Of a stretch of DNA of 64,000 nt, positions 46,550-54,408 are shown piece after piece. The stretch lies in contig JAJRSK010000042.1 in the NCBI GenBank assembly GCA_024278835.1, forward strand, positions 30 to 64,029, in the 5' to 3' direction. The notes below the pieces were generated by a model. It saw nothing but the letters and a program-made list of their open reading frames with translations, was not told where the DNA came from and ran no database searches. A program made the position numbers and the translations under genes. Every line of letters begins with the position of its first letter. Positions within the stretch are counted from its first letter, which is position 1. The stretch is from Campylobacterales bacterium. Lineage in GTDB: Bacteria > Campylobacterota > Campylobacteria > Campylobacterales > QNZT01.

Positions 46550-46977
46550 AAGCCTTTATCCTCATGGCTATCATGATAAACACATACTTATCAGCAGCAG
46601 AGACAAACACAACAACCCACGCCTACTACTACAAAGGAGAACTAACATATCTCACAAAGGTAGCAGATATAAATCAAACTACTGTGTCGGAAAACAACGA
46701 AACAAACATTACAGTAAAAAAGCCAACACTCACCTATCATGATAGTGTAGGAAATCTCATCACTATCACAAATAGACTCATAGTCAAGTTTAAAACAAGA
46801 GATATCAATGTTTCTCGTGTAGAGCGTGACTACAACATCACACAGGTCAAACAAAGACGGCGTATCCATATCTTTACAGTGCCTGATATAGAAGATGTTT
46901 TAGATGTAGCCAAAGCGATATATGAAAACGAAGATGTTAAGAAGAATCAGGGTCAAAGCTTAATTCTTAACTTTTAA
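46546..46977 (+). CDS. Small secreted protein, possibly a remnant of a protease pro-domain
   Basis: Signal peptide MKAFILMAIMINTYLSAA. NRLIVKFKTRDINVSRVERDYNITQVK...VLDVAKAIYENEDVK resembles an S8-type propeptide but has no catalytic domain after it. Weak. Confidence 0.35.
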   Translation: MKAFILMAIMINTYLSAAETNTTTHAYYYKGELTYLTKVADINQTTVSENNETNITVKKPTLTYHDSVGNLITITNRLIVKFKTRDINVSRVERDYNITQVKQRRRIHIFTVPDIEDVLDVAKAIYENEDVKKNQGQSLILNF

Positions 46978-46991
46978 ATCGCTAGCACCCT

Positions 46992-47026
46992 TATCATAAT
47001 AGCCTTTTTTTTAAGCTATTATGATA
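46992..47026. terminator. Bidirectional hairpin between convergent genes
   Basis: TATCATAATAGC-cttttttttaa-GCTATTATGATA forms a perfect 12-bp stem. The loop is T-rich. Confidence 0.5.
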
Positions 47027-47037
47027 CACCTAATCCA

Positions 47038-47145
47038 CTAAAAAAAATCAGCTATCTTCCAGTTTTTCTTATGCGCTATATATGCAATAACTCCAGCGAA
47101 GACAAAACCAACAGGTATAATCAATGGGGCAATATTATTCATCAT
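47038..47145 (-). CDS. Possible 35-aa hydrophobic peptide
   Basis: MMNNIAPLIIPVGFVFAGVIAYIAHKKNWKIADFF. Its ATG overlaps the stop of the 86-aa ORF by 11 nt. Not in the ORF track because it is under 60 aa. Confidence 0.25.
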   Translation of the reverse strand: MMNNIAPLIIPVGFVFAGVIAYIAHKKNWKIADFF

Positions 47146-47395
47146 CTATCCTTTTAAGTTTTTTGACAAAGTAATTTAAATCAATATAAGTATAAAAAAT
47201 GGCGATAGCCACAAAGATAAAAATAAAAGTAAACCCATACCCTATCCAGTTTCCATCTTGCAAGAACTTGATAGCATAAGCTCCAAATCCACCATCTATA
47301 GCCAACAAAATTATAAGTTTTTTATACAAGCTATCAATAATCTTTGAGATTAAATCAATATACTCTTTTTTATCTACTTTGTTCATAACACTCAT
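47135..47395 (-). CDS. Small membrane protein, unknown function
   Basis: 86 aa with two hydrophobic helices. Confidence 0.4.
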   Translation of the reverse strand: MSVMNKVDKKEYIDLISKIIDSLYKKLIILLAIDGGFGAYAIKFLQDGNWIGYGFTFIFIFVAIAIFYTYIDLNYFVKKLKRIDDE

Positions 47396-47623
47396 TGTAA
47401 CATAAAGTTATAAATACCTAAACAAAAACATATGCCCCACTTCTCTCCCTCATCGAACCAAACGGATTAAGCACCTCTTGGGAGTATGACGAAAAACTAA
47501 AAGAGACGCGTGTTGATGTGATAGTAGCGAGAGATGAGAAGGGCTTTAAGAAGTCAGATATCTCTGTTTATGCACCAAAAGAATTAATCAAACTTATAGC
47601 TAGTAAACGCTTTTAACATATTT

Positions 47624-47632
47624 TGCTATAAT
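47624..47632 (+). promoter_or_regulatory. Extended -10 element TGCTATAAT upstream of ilvE
   Basis: It lies 29 nt before ATG 47662. RBS AGGA. Confidence 0.4.
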
Positions 47633-47661
47633 AAGCCAAATTTATGATATTAGGATAACGA

Positions 47662-48582
47662 ATGGAAAAAGCAAAGTATATATGGATGGACGGAAAGCTC
47701 ACTCCTTGGGATGAGGCAACAGTCCATGTATTGACGCATACCTTGCATTATGGAAATGGGGCGATTGAGGGGACGAAGGCGTATAAGACAGTAGATGGTA
47801 GATGTGCTATTTTTAAACTGCACGAACATACACAGCGACTTTTGAACTCATCAAAGATGACTTTGATGGATGTGCCTTATACAGTAGAAGAGTTAAATGA
47901 CGCACAAGTGAAGTTACTACAAGAAAATGCACTATTTGATGGGGCATATATCCGACCACTTGTTTATCTAGGGTATGGTGTGATGGGGCTTTATCACAAA
48001 GATTGTCCAGTGCAGGTGAGTATCTCTGCATGGAAATGGGGAGCTTATCTAGGTGAAGAAGGGCTTAAAAAAGGTATCAGACTTAAGATTTCTTCCATGA
48101 CTAGAACGCCAAATACCTCTGGTATGGGTAAAGCAAAAGCCGTAGCAAACTACTTAAATAGTCAAATGGCAAAGTTTGAAGCGGTAGAAGCAGGGTATGA
48201 TGAAGCATTACTTCGTGATGATCAGGGCTATATCGCAGAAGCGAGTGGTGCTTGTTTTTTCATGGTACGAGATGGCAAGTTGATATCTCCACCAAGTGAT
48301 AATACATTGGAGTCCATTACGCAACAAACAGTGATAGATTTAGCAACAGATATGGGGATAGAAGTTATAAGACGTCGTATCACGCGTGAAGAGATTTATA
48401 TCGCTGATGAAGCCTTCTTGACGGGTACAGCAGCAGAAGTGACACCTGTACGAGAAGTGGATGCACGGGTTATCGGTAAAGGGTGCCGTGGTGAAATCAC
48501 AGAGAAATTGCAAAGTGCCTATTTTGATGTAGTCGCAGGAAAGAATGAAAAGTATCTAAAGCATTTAACCTATATCAACTAA
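47662..48582 (+). CDS. ilvE: Branched-chain amino acid aminotransferase
   Basis: 306 aa, fold-type IV PLP enzyme pattern (HYGNGAIEGTKAY, ...GKAKAVANY, ...EAFLTGTAAEVTPV). Confidence 0.9.
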   Translation: MEKAKYIWMDGKLTPWDEATVHVLTHTLHYGNGAIEGTKAYKTVDGRCAIFKLHEHTQRLLNSSKMTLMDVPYTVEELNDAQVKLLQENALFDGAYIRPLVYLGYGVMGLYHKDCPVQVSISAWKWGAYLGEEGLKKGIRLKISSMTRTPNTSGMGKAKAVANYLNSQMAKFEAVEAGYDEALLRDDQGYIAEASGACFFMVRDGKLISPPSDNTLESITQQTVIDLATDMGIEVIRRRITREEIYIADEAFLTGTAAEVTPVREVDARVIGKGCRGEITEKLQSAYFDVVAGKNEKYLKHLTYIN

Positions 48583-48643
48583 ATCTTGATAGAGTAAGTG
48601 CAGATAAGTCTTGCCGTAAGGCAAAGCTTTAGTAGCGCGTGAA

Positions 48644-48670
48644 TTGGTTGGGGGCTTTGCTCCCAATCAA
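48644..48670 (+). other. Strand-specific RNA hairpin between ilvE and the SPFH gene
   Basis: TTGGTTGGGGGC-ttt-GCTCCCAATCAA forms a 12-bp stem with two G-U pairs, which are only possible in the plus-strand RNA. It lies 32 nt before ATG 48702. Confidence 0.35.
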
Positions 48671-48701
48671 GATGAAAATAAAAGTAAAAAAGGGAAGAAC
48701 A

Positions 48702-49823
48702 ATGCCAGCAGATTTAAATGACTATTTTAACAAAGGCAACAAGGGAAGTGGCGGTAACGGTGGTGGAGGTGATAAGCCCAACAGACCACAGCGTCCTAAA
48801 AGAGAGACACCAAAATTTTTAAATGAATTTGGAAAAAAGACAGGACTTTTATATACATTGATGGGGCTAATAGCGCTTTTAGTGATAGCCAAGCCATTTG
48901 TCGTGATAAACTCAGGTGAAGTGGGCATCAAAGCCACAGCAGGTAAGTATGAGAAGGATCCTTTGAGACCTGGTTTGCATCTATTTATGCCATTTGTGCA
49001 ACAAGTGATGATTGTAGATACGAAAGTAAGAAGTATTAACTACACGGGTTCAGTAGGACATGATATGTCATCATCTACTGGAAGAAGAAGTAGTATGAGT
49101 GGTGCAGGTGGTGTGATGAATGTACCTTCTATCTCAGCATTAGATGCTAGAGGGTTGCTTATCTCGATTGATATCACGGTACAATATCGACTTAAATCGG
49201 ACACAGCGCCGCAAACTATCGCTACATATGGTACATCATGGGAAGAAAAGATTGTTAATCCAATTGTTCGTGATGTAGTAAGAAATGTAGTAGGTAGTTA
49301 TAAAGCAGAAAATTTACCACTTAAAAGAAACGAAATTGTTGCTGAAATTAGAATAGGTATTGAAAAACAAATCAATGCTAAATCTGGTCAACCAGTAGAG
49401 TTAAGAACTGTTAATTTACGTGAGATTATCTTACCAGCAAAAATTGTTGAACAAATCGAACGTGTTCAAATTGCTAAACAAGAAGGTGATAGAGTACAGT
49501 TAGAAGTACTACGTGCAAAACAAGAAGCTGAGAAAAAAGCAGCACTTGCTCAGGGTGACGCGGATGCTAGAAAGATTCGTGCACAAGGTCAAGCGGACGC
49601 AGTCAAGATAGAAGCAGATGCCAATGCTTATGCCAATGTTGAGATTTCAAAGTCTTTGACACCAGACATCTTAACACTTAAGCAGATAGAAGTACAAGGG
49701 CAATTTAATCAAGCTCTCTCTGTTAACAAAAATGCACAGATATTCTTGACTCCTGGTGGTTCAACACCAAATATTTGGGTTGATTCAAAAAGTAGACAAG
49801 AAAAGATATCTACACAAAACTAA
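48702..49823 (+). CDS. SPFH/prohibitin-family membrane protein
   Basis: Gly/Pro-rich N-terminus, one TM segment, then an SPFH core ([15 protein letters not shown]...[11 protein letters not shown]) and an Ala/Gln/Glu coiled coil. ATG 48702 chosen (RBS GGGAAG) over GTG 48639. Confidence 0.75.
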   Translation: MPADLNDYFNKGNKGSGGNGGGGDKPNRPQRPKRETPKFLNEFGKKTGLLYTLMGLIALLVIAKPFVVINSGEVGIKATAGKYEKDPLRPGLHLFMPFVQQVMIVDTKVRSINYTGSVGHDMSSSTGRRSSMSGAGGVMNVPSISALDARGLLISIDITVQYRLKSDTAPQTIATYGTSWEEKIVNPIVRDVVRNVVGSYKAENLPLKRNEIVAEIRIGIEKQINAKSGQPVELRTVNLREIILPAKIVEQIERVQIAKQEGDRVQLEVLRAKQEAEKKAALAQGDADARKIRAQGQADAVKIEADANAYANVEISKSLTPDILTLKQIEVQGQFNQALSVNKNAQIFLTPGGSTPNIWVDSKSRQEKISTQN

Positions 49824-50506
49824 TGCAAGAAATCATTAATAAAATAGACTGGGAAAAGAGTGAACTTATCCCAGTCATCGCACAGGAGTATCAGACCAAA
49901 GAGGTACTGATGCTAGCCTATATGGATAAAGAAGCACTTAGTCTGACACTCTCTACGAAAAAAGCCCACTACTTTTCACGCTCCAAACAACGCATCTGGA
50001 TGAAGGGTGAAACAAGTGGCAATATCCAAAATATCAAAGATATTTTTATCGACTGTGATAATGATACATTGCTTATCATGATAGAACAAGTAGGTGGGGC
50101 TGCCTGTCATACAGGGCGAAAATCTTGTTTCTTTACAAAACTAGAGAGTGATGAGATTGTGAGTGACGTAGATGAAAGTGTCGTGGCAAATTACTCGATA
50201 ATGGATCAGCTTTATCATGTGATACAAGAGCGAAAGGGTGTTGATCCTAAAAGCTCTTATGTCGCATCCCTGTTGCATAAAGGTGAAAATGCTTATCTTA
50301 AAAAGGTTGTTGAAGAAGCAGGAGAGTTTTGTTTTGCAGTGAAGGATAATGATGAAGAAGAGATTATCTATGAAGCAGCAGACTTGGCATTTCATACCTT
50401 AGTAGCGCTCGGGGATAAAAATATCAATCCTGATCGTATCAAACAAGAACTTGCTCGTCGTTTTGGACTCAGTGGTATCGAAGAAAAAAACTCCCGAAGT
50501 GACTAA
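49823..50506 (+). CDS. hisI: Bifunctional phosphoribosyl-AMP cyclohydrolase / phosphoribosyl-ATP pyrophosphatase
   Basis: HisI block (LIPVIAQEY...MKGETSGN...CDNDTLL...GAACHTG) followed by a HisE block (YVASLLHKG...KVVEEAGE...EAADLAFH). Confidence 0.9.
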   Translation: MQEIINKIDWEKSELIPVIAQEYQTKEVLMLAYMDKEALSLTLSTKKAHYFSRSKQRIWMKGETSGNIQNIKDIFIDCDNDTLLIMIEQVGGAACHTGRKSCFFTKLESDEIVSDVDESVVANYSIMDQLYHVIQERKGVDPKSSYVASLLHKGENAYLKKVVEEAGEFCFAVKDNDEEEIIYEAADLAFHTLVALGDKNINPDRIKQELARRFGLSGIEEKNSRSD

Positions 50507-50508
50507 GG

Positions 50509-51039
50509 ATGTTACAACATATCAAGCAGGGGCTGATTGATTATATCCATGCCTTAACAGTCTATGACTATATTGCATTTGCTTGGTTGTTGTTTCTTTT
50601 TCTTATCATCCTGACCCTAGCTATTTTGCTGGGGCGTAAAAAACCTACCCTTGCTATCTTTCTTATCATGATAGTCATTCTTTTGATGTTTGTCGCCCCT
50701 TTTGGCATAAAATATTTTTTAGATAAAACGGTACGAAAAGTAGATGTTGTGACCGATAAAATCTCTAAGTTACATTTTGCTTCCTCCTTGATAGTCACAG
50801 GTCATCTGATAAATGTAGGTAAAATTCCTTACCAAAAATGCACTATCAACGCCAAAGTTTTTAAAATAAGTGAAAATAAATACAGAAATATTTTAAATAA
50901 TTTAAAGCCTTTGCGAAATAAGACGATAGTAGTAGATAAGAATATCTCAGAGGGGGAAGAGGCAATGTTTAAGATAGTATTTGACAAGTTTACCTATAGT
51001 AAAGAGTACAATGTCACGCTATCTGGGGAATGCTACTGA
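50509..51039 (+). CDS. DUF2393-like membrane protein, paralogue 1
   Basis: Two N-terminal TM segments plus a beta-rich domain. Architecture parallels the next ORF. Confidence 0.45.
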   Translation: MLQHIKQGLIDYIHALTVYDYIAFAWLLFLFLIILTLAILLGRKKPTLAIFLIMIVILLMFVAPFGIKYFLDKTVRKVDVVTDKISKLHFASSLIVTGHLINVGKIPYQKCTINAKVFKISENKYRNILNNLKPLRNKTIVVDKNISEGEEAMFKIVFDKFTYSKEYNVTLSGECY

Positions 51040-51572
51040 TGTATATGACGCTGATTCATTGGATAGCAGTCGTTATCTTTGTGCTTCTTTTTTTGATATT
51101 GATACTTCTCTCTTTAAAGGAGAAAAATAAAAAGACAATGCTGGGTATGATGTTTTCTTCTTTTCTTGTGACAACACTTGCCTGTGTCGTGTCGCTGTTT
51201 GTGATAGAAAAATATACTAAAAAAGCAAAAATTCTCTCCTATACACAAAAAAGAAATTTGGCAAATGAGACGATTATGTTTCAAGGTAGCATACAAAATA
51301 TAGGCAAGTTTAAAATCGGCTACTGTACTATCGAAGTAAAACTCTCTAACAATGCGATGAAAATGGGACGACCAAAAGAGGCTTTTTTCAAGCCAAGTAC
51401 CTCGCTTGGACCAATGTTCTCTTCGAAAGAGATGAAAGCATCTGTCGTAAAAGAGGAGTTTACCGTAGTAAAAAATTTGGATGCAAAAAAAGTAAAAAAC
51501 TTCCGAATTTACATGAAATACCCCCCTTATATGAAAGCGCCAGGACTCAAACTCACACTCAATTGTCACTAA
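51030..51572 (+). CDS. DUF2393-like membrane protein, paralogue 2
   Basis: Same architecture, overlapping the previous gene by 10 nt. Confidence 0.45.
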   Translation: MLLMYMTLIHWIAVVIFVLLFLILILLSLKEKNKKTMLGMMFSSFLVTTLACVVSLFVIEKYTKKAKILSYTQKRNLANETIMFQGSIQNIGKFKIGYCTIEVKLSNNAMKMGRPKEAFFKPSTSLGPMFSSKEMKASVVKEEFTVVKNLDAKKVKNFRIYMKYPPYMKAPGLKLTLNCH

Positions 51573-51605
51573 AATGCTGCTAATTTTATAAGATTTAAAA
51601 ATTTA

Positions 51606-51627
51606 GCAACATTTCGGCAACATTTAT
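51606..51627 (+). promoter_or_regulatory. Two tandem 11-bp GCAACATTT boxes upstream of the DUF11 cluster
   Basis: GCAACATTTCG GCAACATTTAT. This is the same xxAACAYTT core and 11-bp register as the CTAACAY boxes at 18806 and 15395-15416. Confidence 0.35.
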
Positions 51628-51761
51628 GATTTAATTATTTAAATTATTCTCTTTCTTTTTTCTGTATTCTCATTTAGTTAAAAATTATTCTTCATAGTAA
51701 ATATTATTTGTACTTAATTTTCTCTTTTCACATACGATATAAGGGTGTCGAAAATTTGATT

Positions 51762-52712
51762 ATGAGGCGGGAGATGAAGTACATTATAATCATATTTTTA
51801 GCCATAAATTTGTCCACTCTTTTTGCAAAGGGTGTAGCTGCTGGCACAGTGATACAAAACTCAGCAACGCTAAGTTTCACCATGGAGGAGGAGACTTTTA
51901 GTATAGAGAGCAATGTTGAAAAAAGTATTGTAGCCCAAGTGATAGATGTAAAAGTCTCATGGATGGATACAAGAGCTGTGGGAGTAAGTGCTGGGGAGAG
52001 CGACAAAGTCTTGACCTTTAGGGTGACAAATAGTGGCAATGGTAGAGATAGATTTACTCTAAAAGCAGATGAACTAGATTTCAAGTCAGCATTTTCTTTA
52101 ATGAGAAAAAAGATCTATTTAGATACCAACAACAATTTTCGTTTTGATGCGTCTGATCGGGAGAGAAAGGCGGTGACACTAGGAGCAGATAGAGAGAAAT
52201 TGGTTTTTGTAGTTTCAAAAATTGATAAAAGTTTATCTGTTGCAAGTGGTAGTCAAAACTTTGTGAGCTTGAAAGCTATTTCTAAGACTGGGGGGTCTGG
52301 GGAAAAGGGCACAGTTCATGAAGGAAAAGGTATTGATGGTGTTGACGCTGTTGATGGTTTTTTGGGAGGTATGAGTGAAGATGAAGGAGTATATACATTT
52401 TTAATCGCCAATGTGGTGATAAAGAAAGATGTCTATTTTTCTGATGGACTTGTTAGGGTTTTGCTTACAGTTACTGTCAGGGGAGAGGGACATGTAAGAG
52501 ATGTAAAAATCGTAGATAAAATACCTCAGGAAACTAAGTATGTTAAAGGGTCGTTGCGACTTGATGGTGACTTTATGAGTGACCAAAGAGATGCAGATTC
52601 TGGAAGATACAAAAAAAAGAGAGGTAAGCGTAAAGCAAGAGTAGTCATGAGTTTGGGTGAACTTGATACTTCAAGTTTTCACACCATTACATACAGTTTA
52701 AAAATAGGATAA
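51762..52712 (+). CDS. Secreted DUF11-type repeat-domain protein (P1)
   Basis: Signal peptide MRREMKYIIIIFLAINLSTLFA. N-terminal AAGTVIQNSATLSF. C-terminal VTVRGEGHVRDVKIVDKIPQETKYVKGSLRLDG fits the DUF11 / conserved repeat domain pattern. Confidence 0.55.
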   Translation: MRREMKYIIIIFLAINLSTLFAKGVAAGTVIQNSATLSFTMEEETFSIESNVEKSIVAQVIDVKVSWMDTRAVGVSAGESDKVLTFRVTNSGNGRDRFTLKADELDFKSAFSLMRKKIYLDTNNNFRFDASDRERKAVTLGADREKLVFVVSKIDKSLSVASGSQNFVSLKAISKTGGSGEKGTVHEGKGIDGVDAVDGFLGGMSEDEGVYTFLIANVVIKKDVYFSDGLVRVLLTVTVRGEGHVRDVKIVDKIPQETKYVKGSLRLDGDFMSDQRDADSGRYKKKRGKRKARVVMSLGELDTSSFHTITYSLKIG

Positions 52713-52722
52713 GGAAAAGAGT

Positions 52723-53211
52723 ATGAAAAAAGGCGTGTTAGCAACAGGGATAGTCGTAGCACTTATTTTTGCATCAAGTTTATCGGCAAAGACAGCAGAT
52801 GTAACATTGAGCACAAAATCTTATAAAGAGGTAGTCAAGATAAATAGTGCTGGGGAAAAGGAGTTTGTGTTAGAAGCGGCTAAAAAAGTGATACCAGGAG
52901 ATTATGTTGTCTATAAGAACTCTATCATCAATCATACCAATACAAGTGTCAACAACATGGTCTTAAACAATGCTATTCCGAAACATACAGAGTATGTAGC
53001 AGATAGTGCAAAATGCCAAAAAGATTGTGATATTTTATTTTCAGTAGATGGTGGAAAGAAGTTTGATAAGCCTGAGAAACTCATGGTCAAAGTTGGAGAT
53101 AAAGCACGTTTGGCATTGCCAAAAGAGTATACCAATGTGAGATGGGTTTTAACATCAGCATTAGAGGCAAATTCAGTCACGGATGTCAGTTTTAAGACGA
53201 GATTACAGTAG
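52723..53211 (+). CDS. Secreted single-DUF11-domain protein (P2)
   Basis: Signal peptide present. PGDYVVYKNSIINHTNTSVNNMVLNNAIPKHTEYVADSA...VRWVL. Confidence 0.55.
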   Translation: MKKGVLATGIVVALIFASSLSAKTADVTLSTKSYKEVVKINSAGEKEFVLEAAKKVIPGDYVVYKNSIINHTNTSVNNMVLNNAIPKHTEYVADSAKCQKDCDILFSVDGGKKFDKPEKLMVKVGDKARLALPKEYTNVRWVLTSALEANSVTDVSFKTRLQ

Positions 53212-53305
53212 TGGTGGAGTTGTACACTCAGGGAGGAAATGGAGGAAGATTTTCTCTTTGAGTGTATAACGCTTAGTAAAAAATTTTATTCCTATGGGGG
53301 GAAAT

Positions 53306-54391
53306 ATGTTTTTAAAATCAAAAAAGAAAGTAGTGGCAGCACTACTATCAGTAAGTGCAACAAGTGCATTTGCAGCAGGTACACTTTCAGGTACAAATGT
53401 TGACTCAACGGCGTCTTTATCATTTTCAGTAAATGGTACAACATCAGAAGTCACATCAACGAATAGCTATAAAGTGGATAATAAGGTGGATTTAACGGTT
53501 TCAACTGTGGATACACAAGCAGTAACAGTGAGTCCAGAAGCAACAAATGTTTTATTAACATATAAAGTACGAAATGATGGAAATACGGTACAAGATTTTA
53601 TACTTTCTTCATTAACAACATCAACAACGGTATTTGCAGCGGGTAATGCAGTAACAGATGATTATGATTTGACGAACGTGAGAGTCTTTGTAGATTCTAA
53701 CGGCAATGGTATCTATGATGAAGGAACAGATACGCAAACGTATATCGATGAGCTTGCTCCTGATGCAGATGTGACAGTATTTATCGTAGCAGATGTACCA
53801 GCTGATGCAGTCAATGATGCGGTGGCTATCTATGACTTGCAAGCGCAAGTAGCGCAAGGTGAAACAGTAGGTACGGAAGGCGCCGTCATCGCGACTGACA
53901 ATGCAGGTCAAGCAGATGATGCGGCAACAGTACAGATTGTATTTGCTGATGGTGCTGGAACAACGGATGTACAGTATGATGGTATCTTTTCAAGTGCAGA
54001 TGCTTGGAAAATCGTTACAGCAGATGTGACAGTTTCTAAAAATTCTATCGTGGTAAGTGATCCAGTTAATGGAACAACGAATCCAAAGAGAATTCCAGGT
54101 GCGGTTGTGAGATATTGTTATATCGTGCAAAATGCTACAGGTGGTGCAGAAGCGACAGGCGCACTGATTACGGATATATTAAATCCGACGGTACTTGATT
54201 TATCAGCGGCAACGGTTGCTACTTATACTGGAACAGGAACATGTACCTGTGACGCAGCAGATGCTGATATCACGGGTGAAAATGGTGCGCTTGGACAAAA
54301 TCCAGATGCACAAGGTCAAGTAAAAGTAGATTTTGACACGGTAGCGGGTGGTGTGACAGAATGTGCTTATGTTTCAGCTACTATCAAATAA
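53306..54391 (+). CDS. Secreted Thr/Ala/Asp/Val-rich DUF11-type protein, probable major structural subunit (P3)
   Basis: Signal peptide MFLKSKKKVVAALLSVSATSAFA. AAGTLSGTNVDSTASLSF is paralogous to the P1 N-terminus. PGAVVRYCYIVQNATGG. ATG 53306 chosen; there is an upstream in-frame ATG at 53294. Confidence 0.55.
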   Translation: MFLKSKKKVVAALLSVSATSAFAAGTLSGTNVDSTASLSFSVNGTTSEVTSTNSYKVDNKVDLTVSTVDTQAVTVSPEATNVLLTYKVRNDGNTVQDFILSSLTTSTTVFAAGNAVTDDYDLTNVRVFVDSNGNGIYDEGTDTQTYIDELAPDADVTVFIVADVPADAVNDAVAIYDLQAQVAQGETVGTEGAVIATDNAGQADDAATVQIVFADGAGTTDVQYDGIFSSADAWKIVTADVTVSKNSIVVSDPVNGTTNPKRIPGAVVRYCYIVQNATGGAEATGALITDILNPTVLDLSAATVATYTGTGTCTCDAADADITGENGALGQNPDAQGQVKVDFDTVAGGVTECAYVSATIK

Positions 54392-54408
54392 ATAGTTAGA
54401 CTGGATAT

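Noticed and set aside
51114-51569. 151-aa antisense ORF covering almost the whole DUF2393-like gene. Similar antisense ORFs lie inside the AAA ATPase gene (22326-23035), nuoG (30083-30436), the flavoprotein gene (61516-61746, 61847-62146) and yjdM (62231-62497).
   Set aside because: Their composition is Phe/Cys/His/Arg-rich and low-complexity, typical of shadow frames in AT-rich DNA. They lack an RBS and family resemblance, and the sense-strand genes are well supported.
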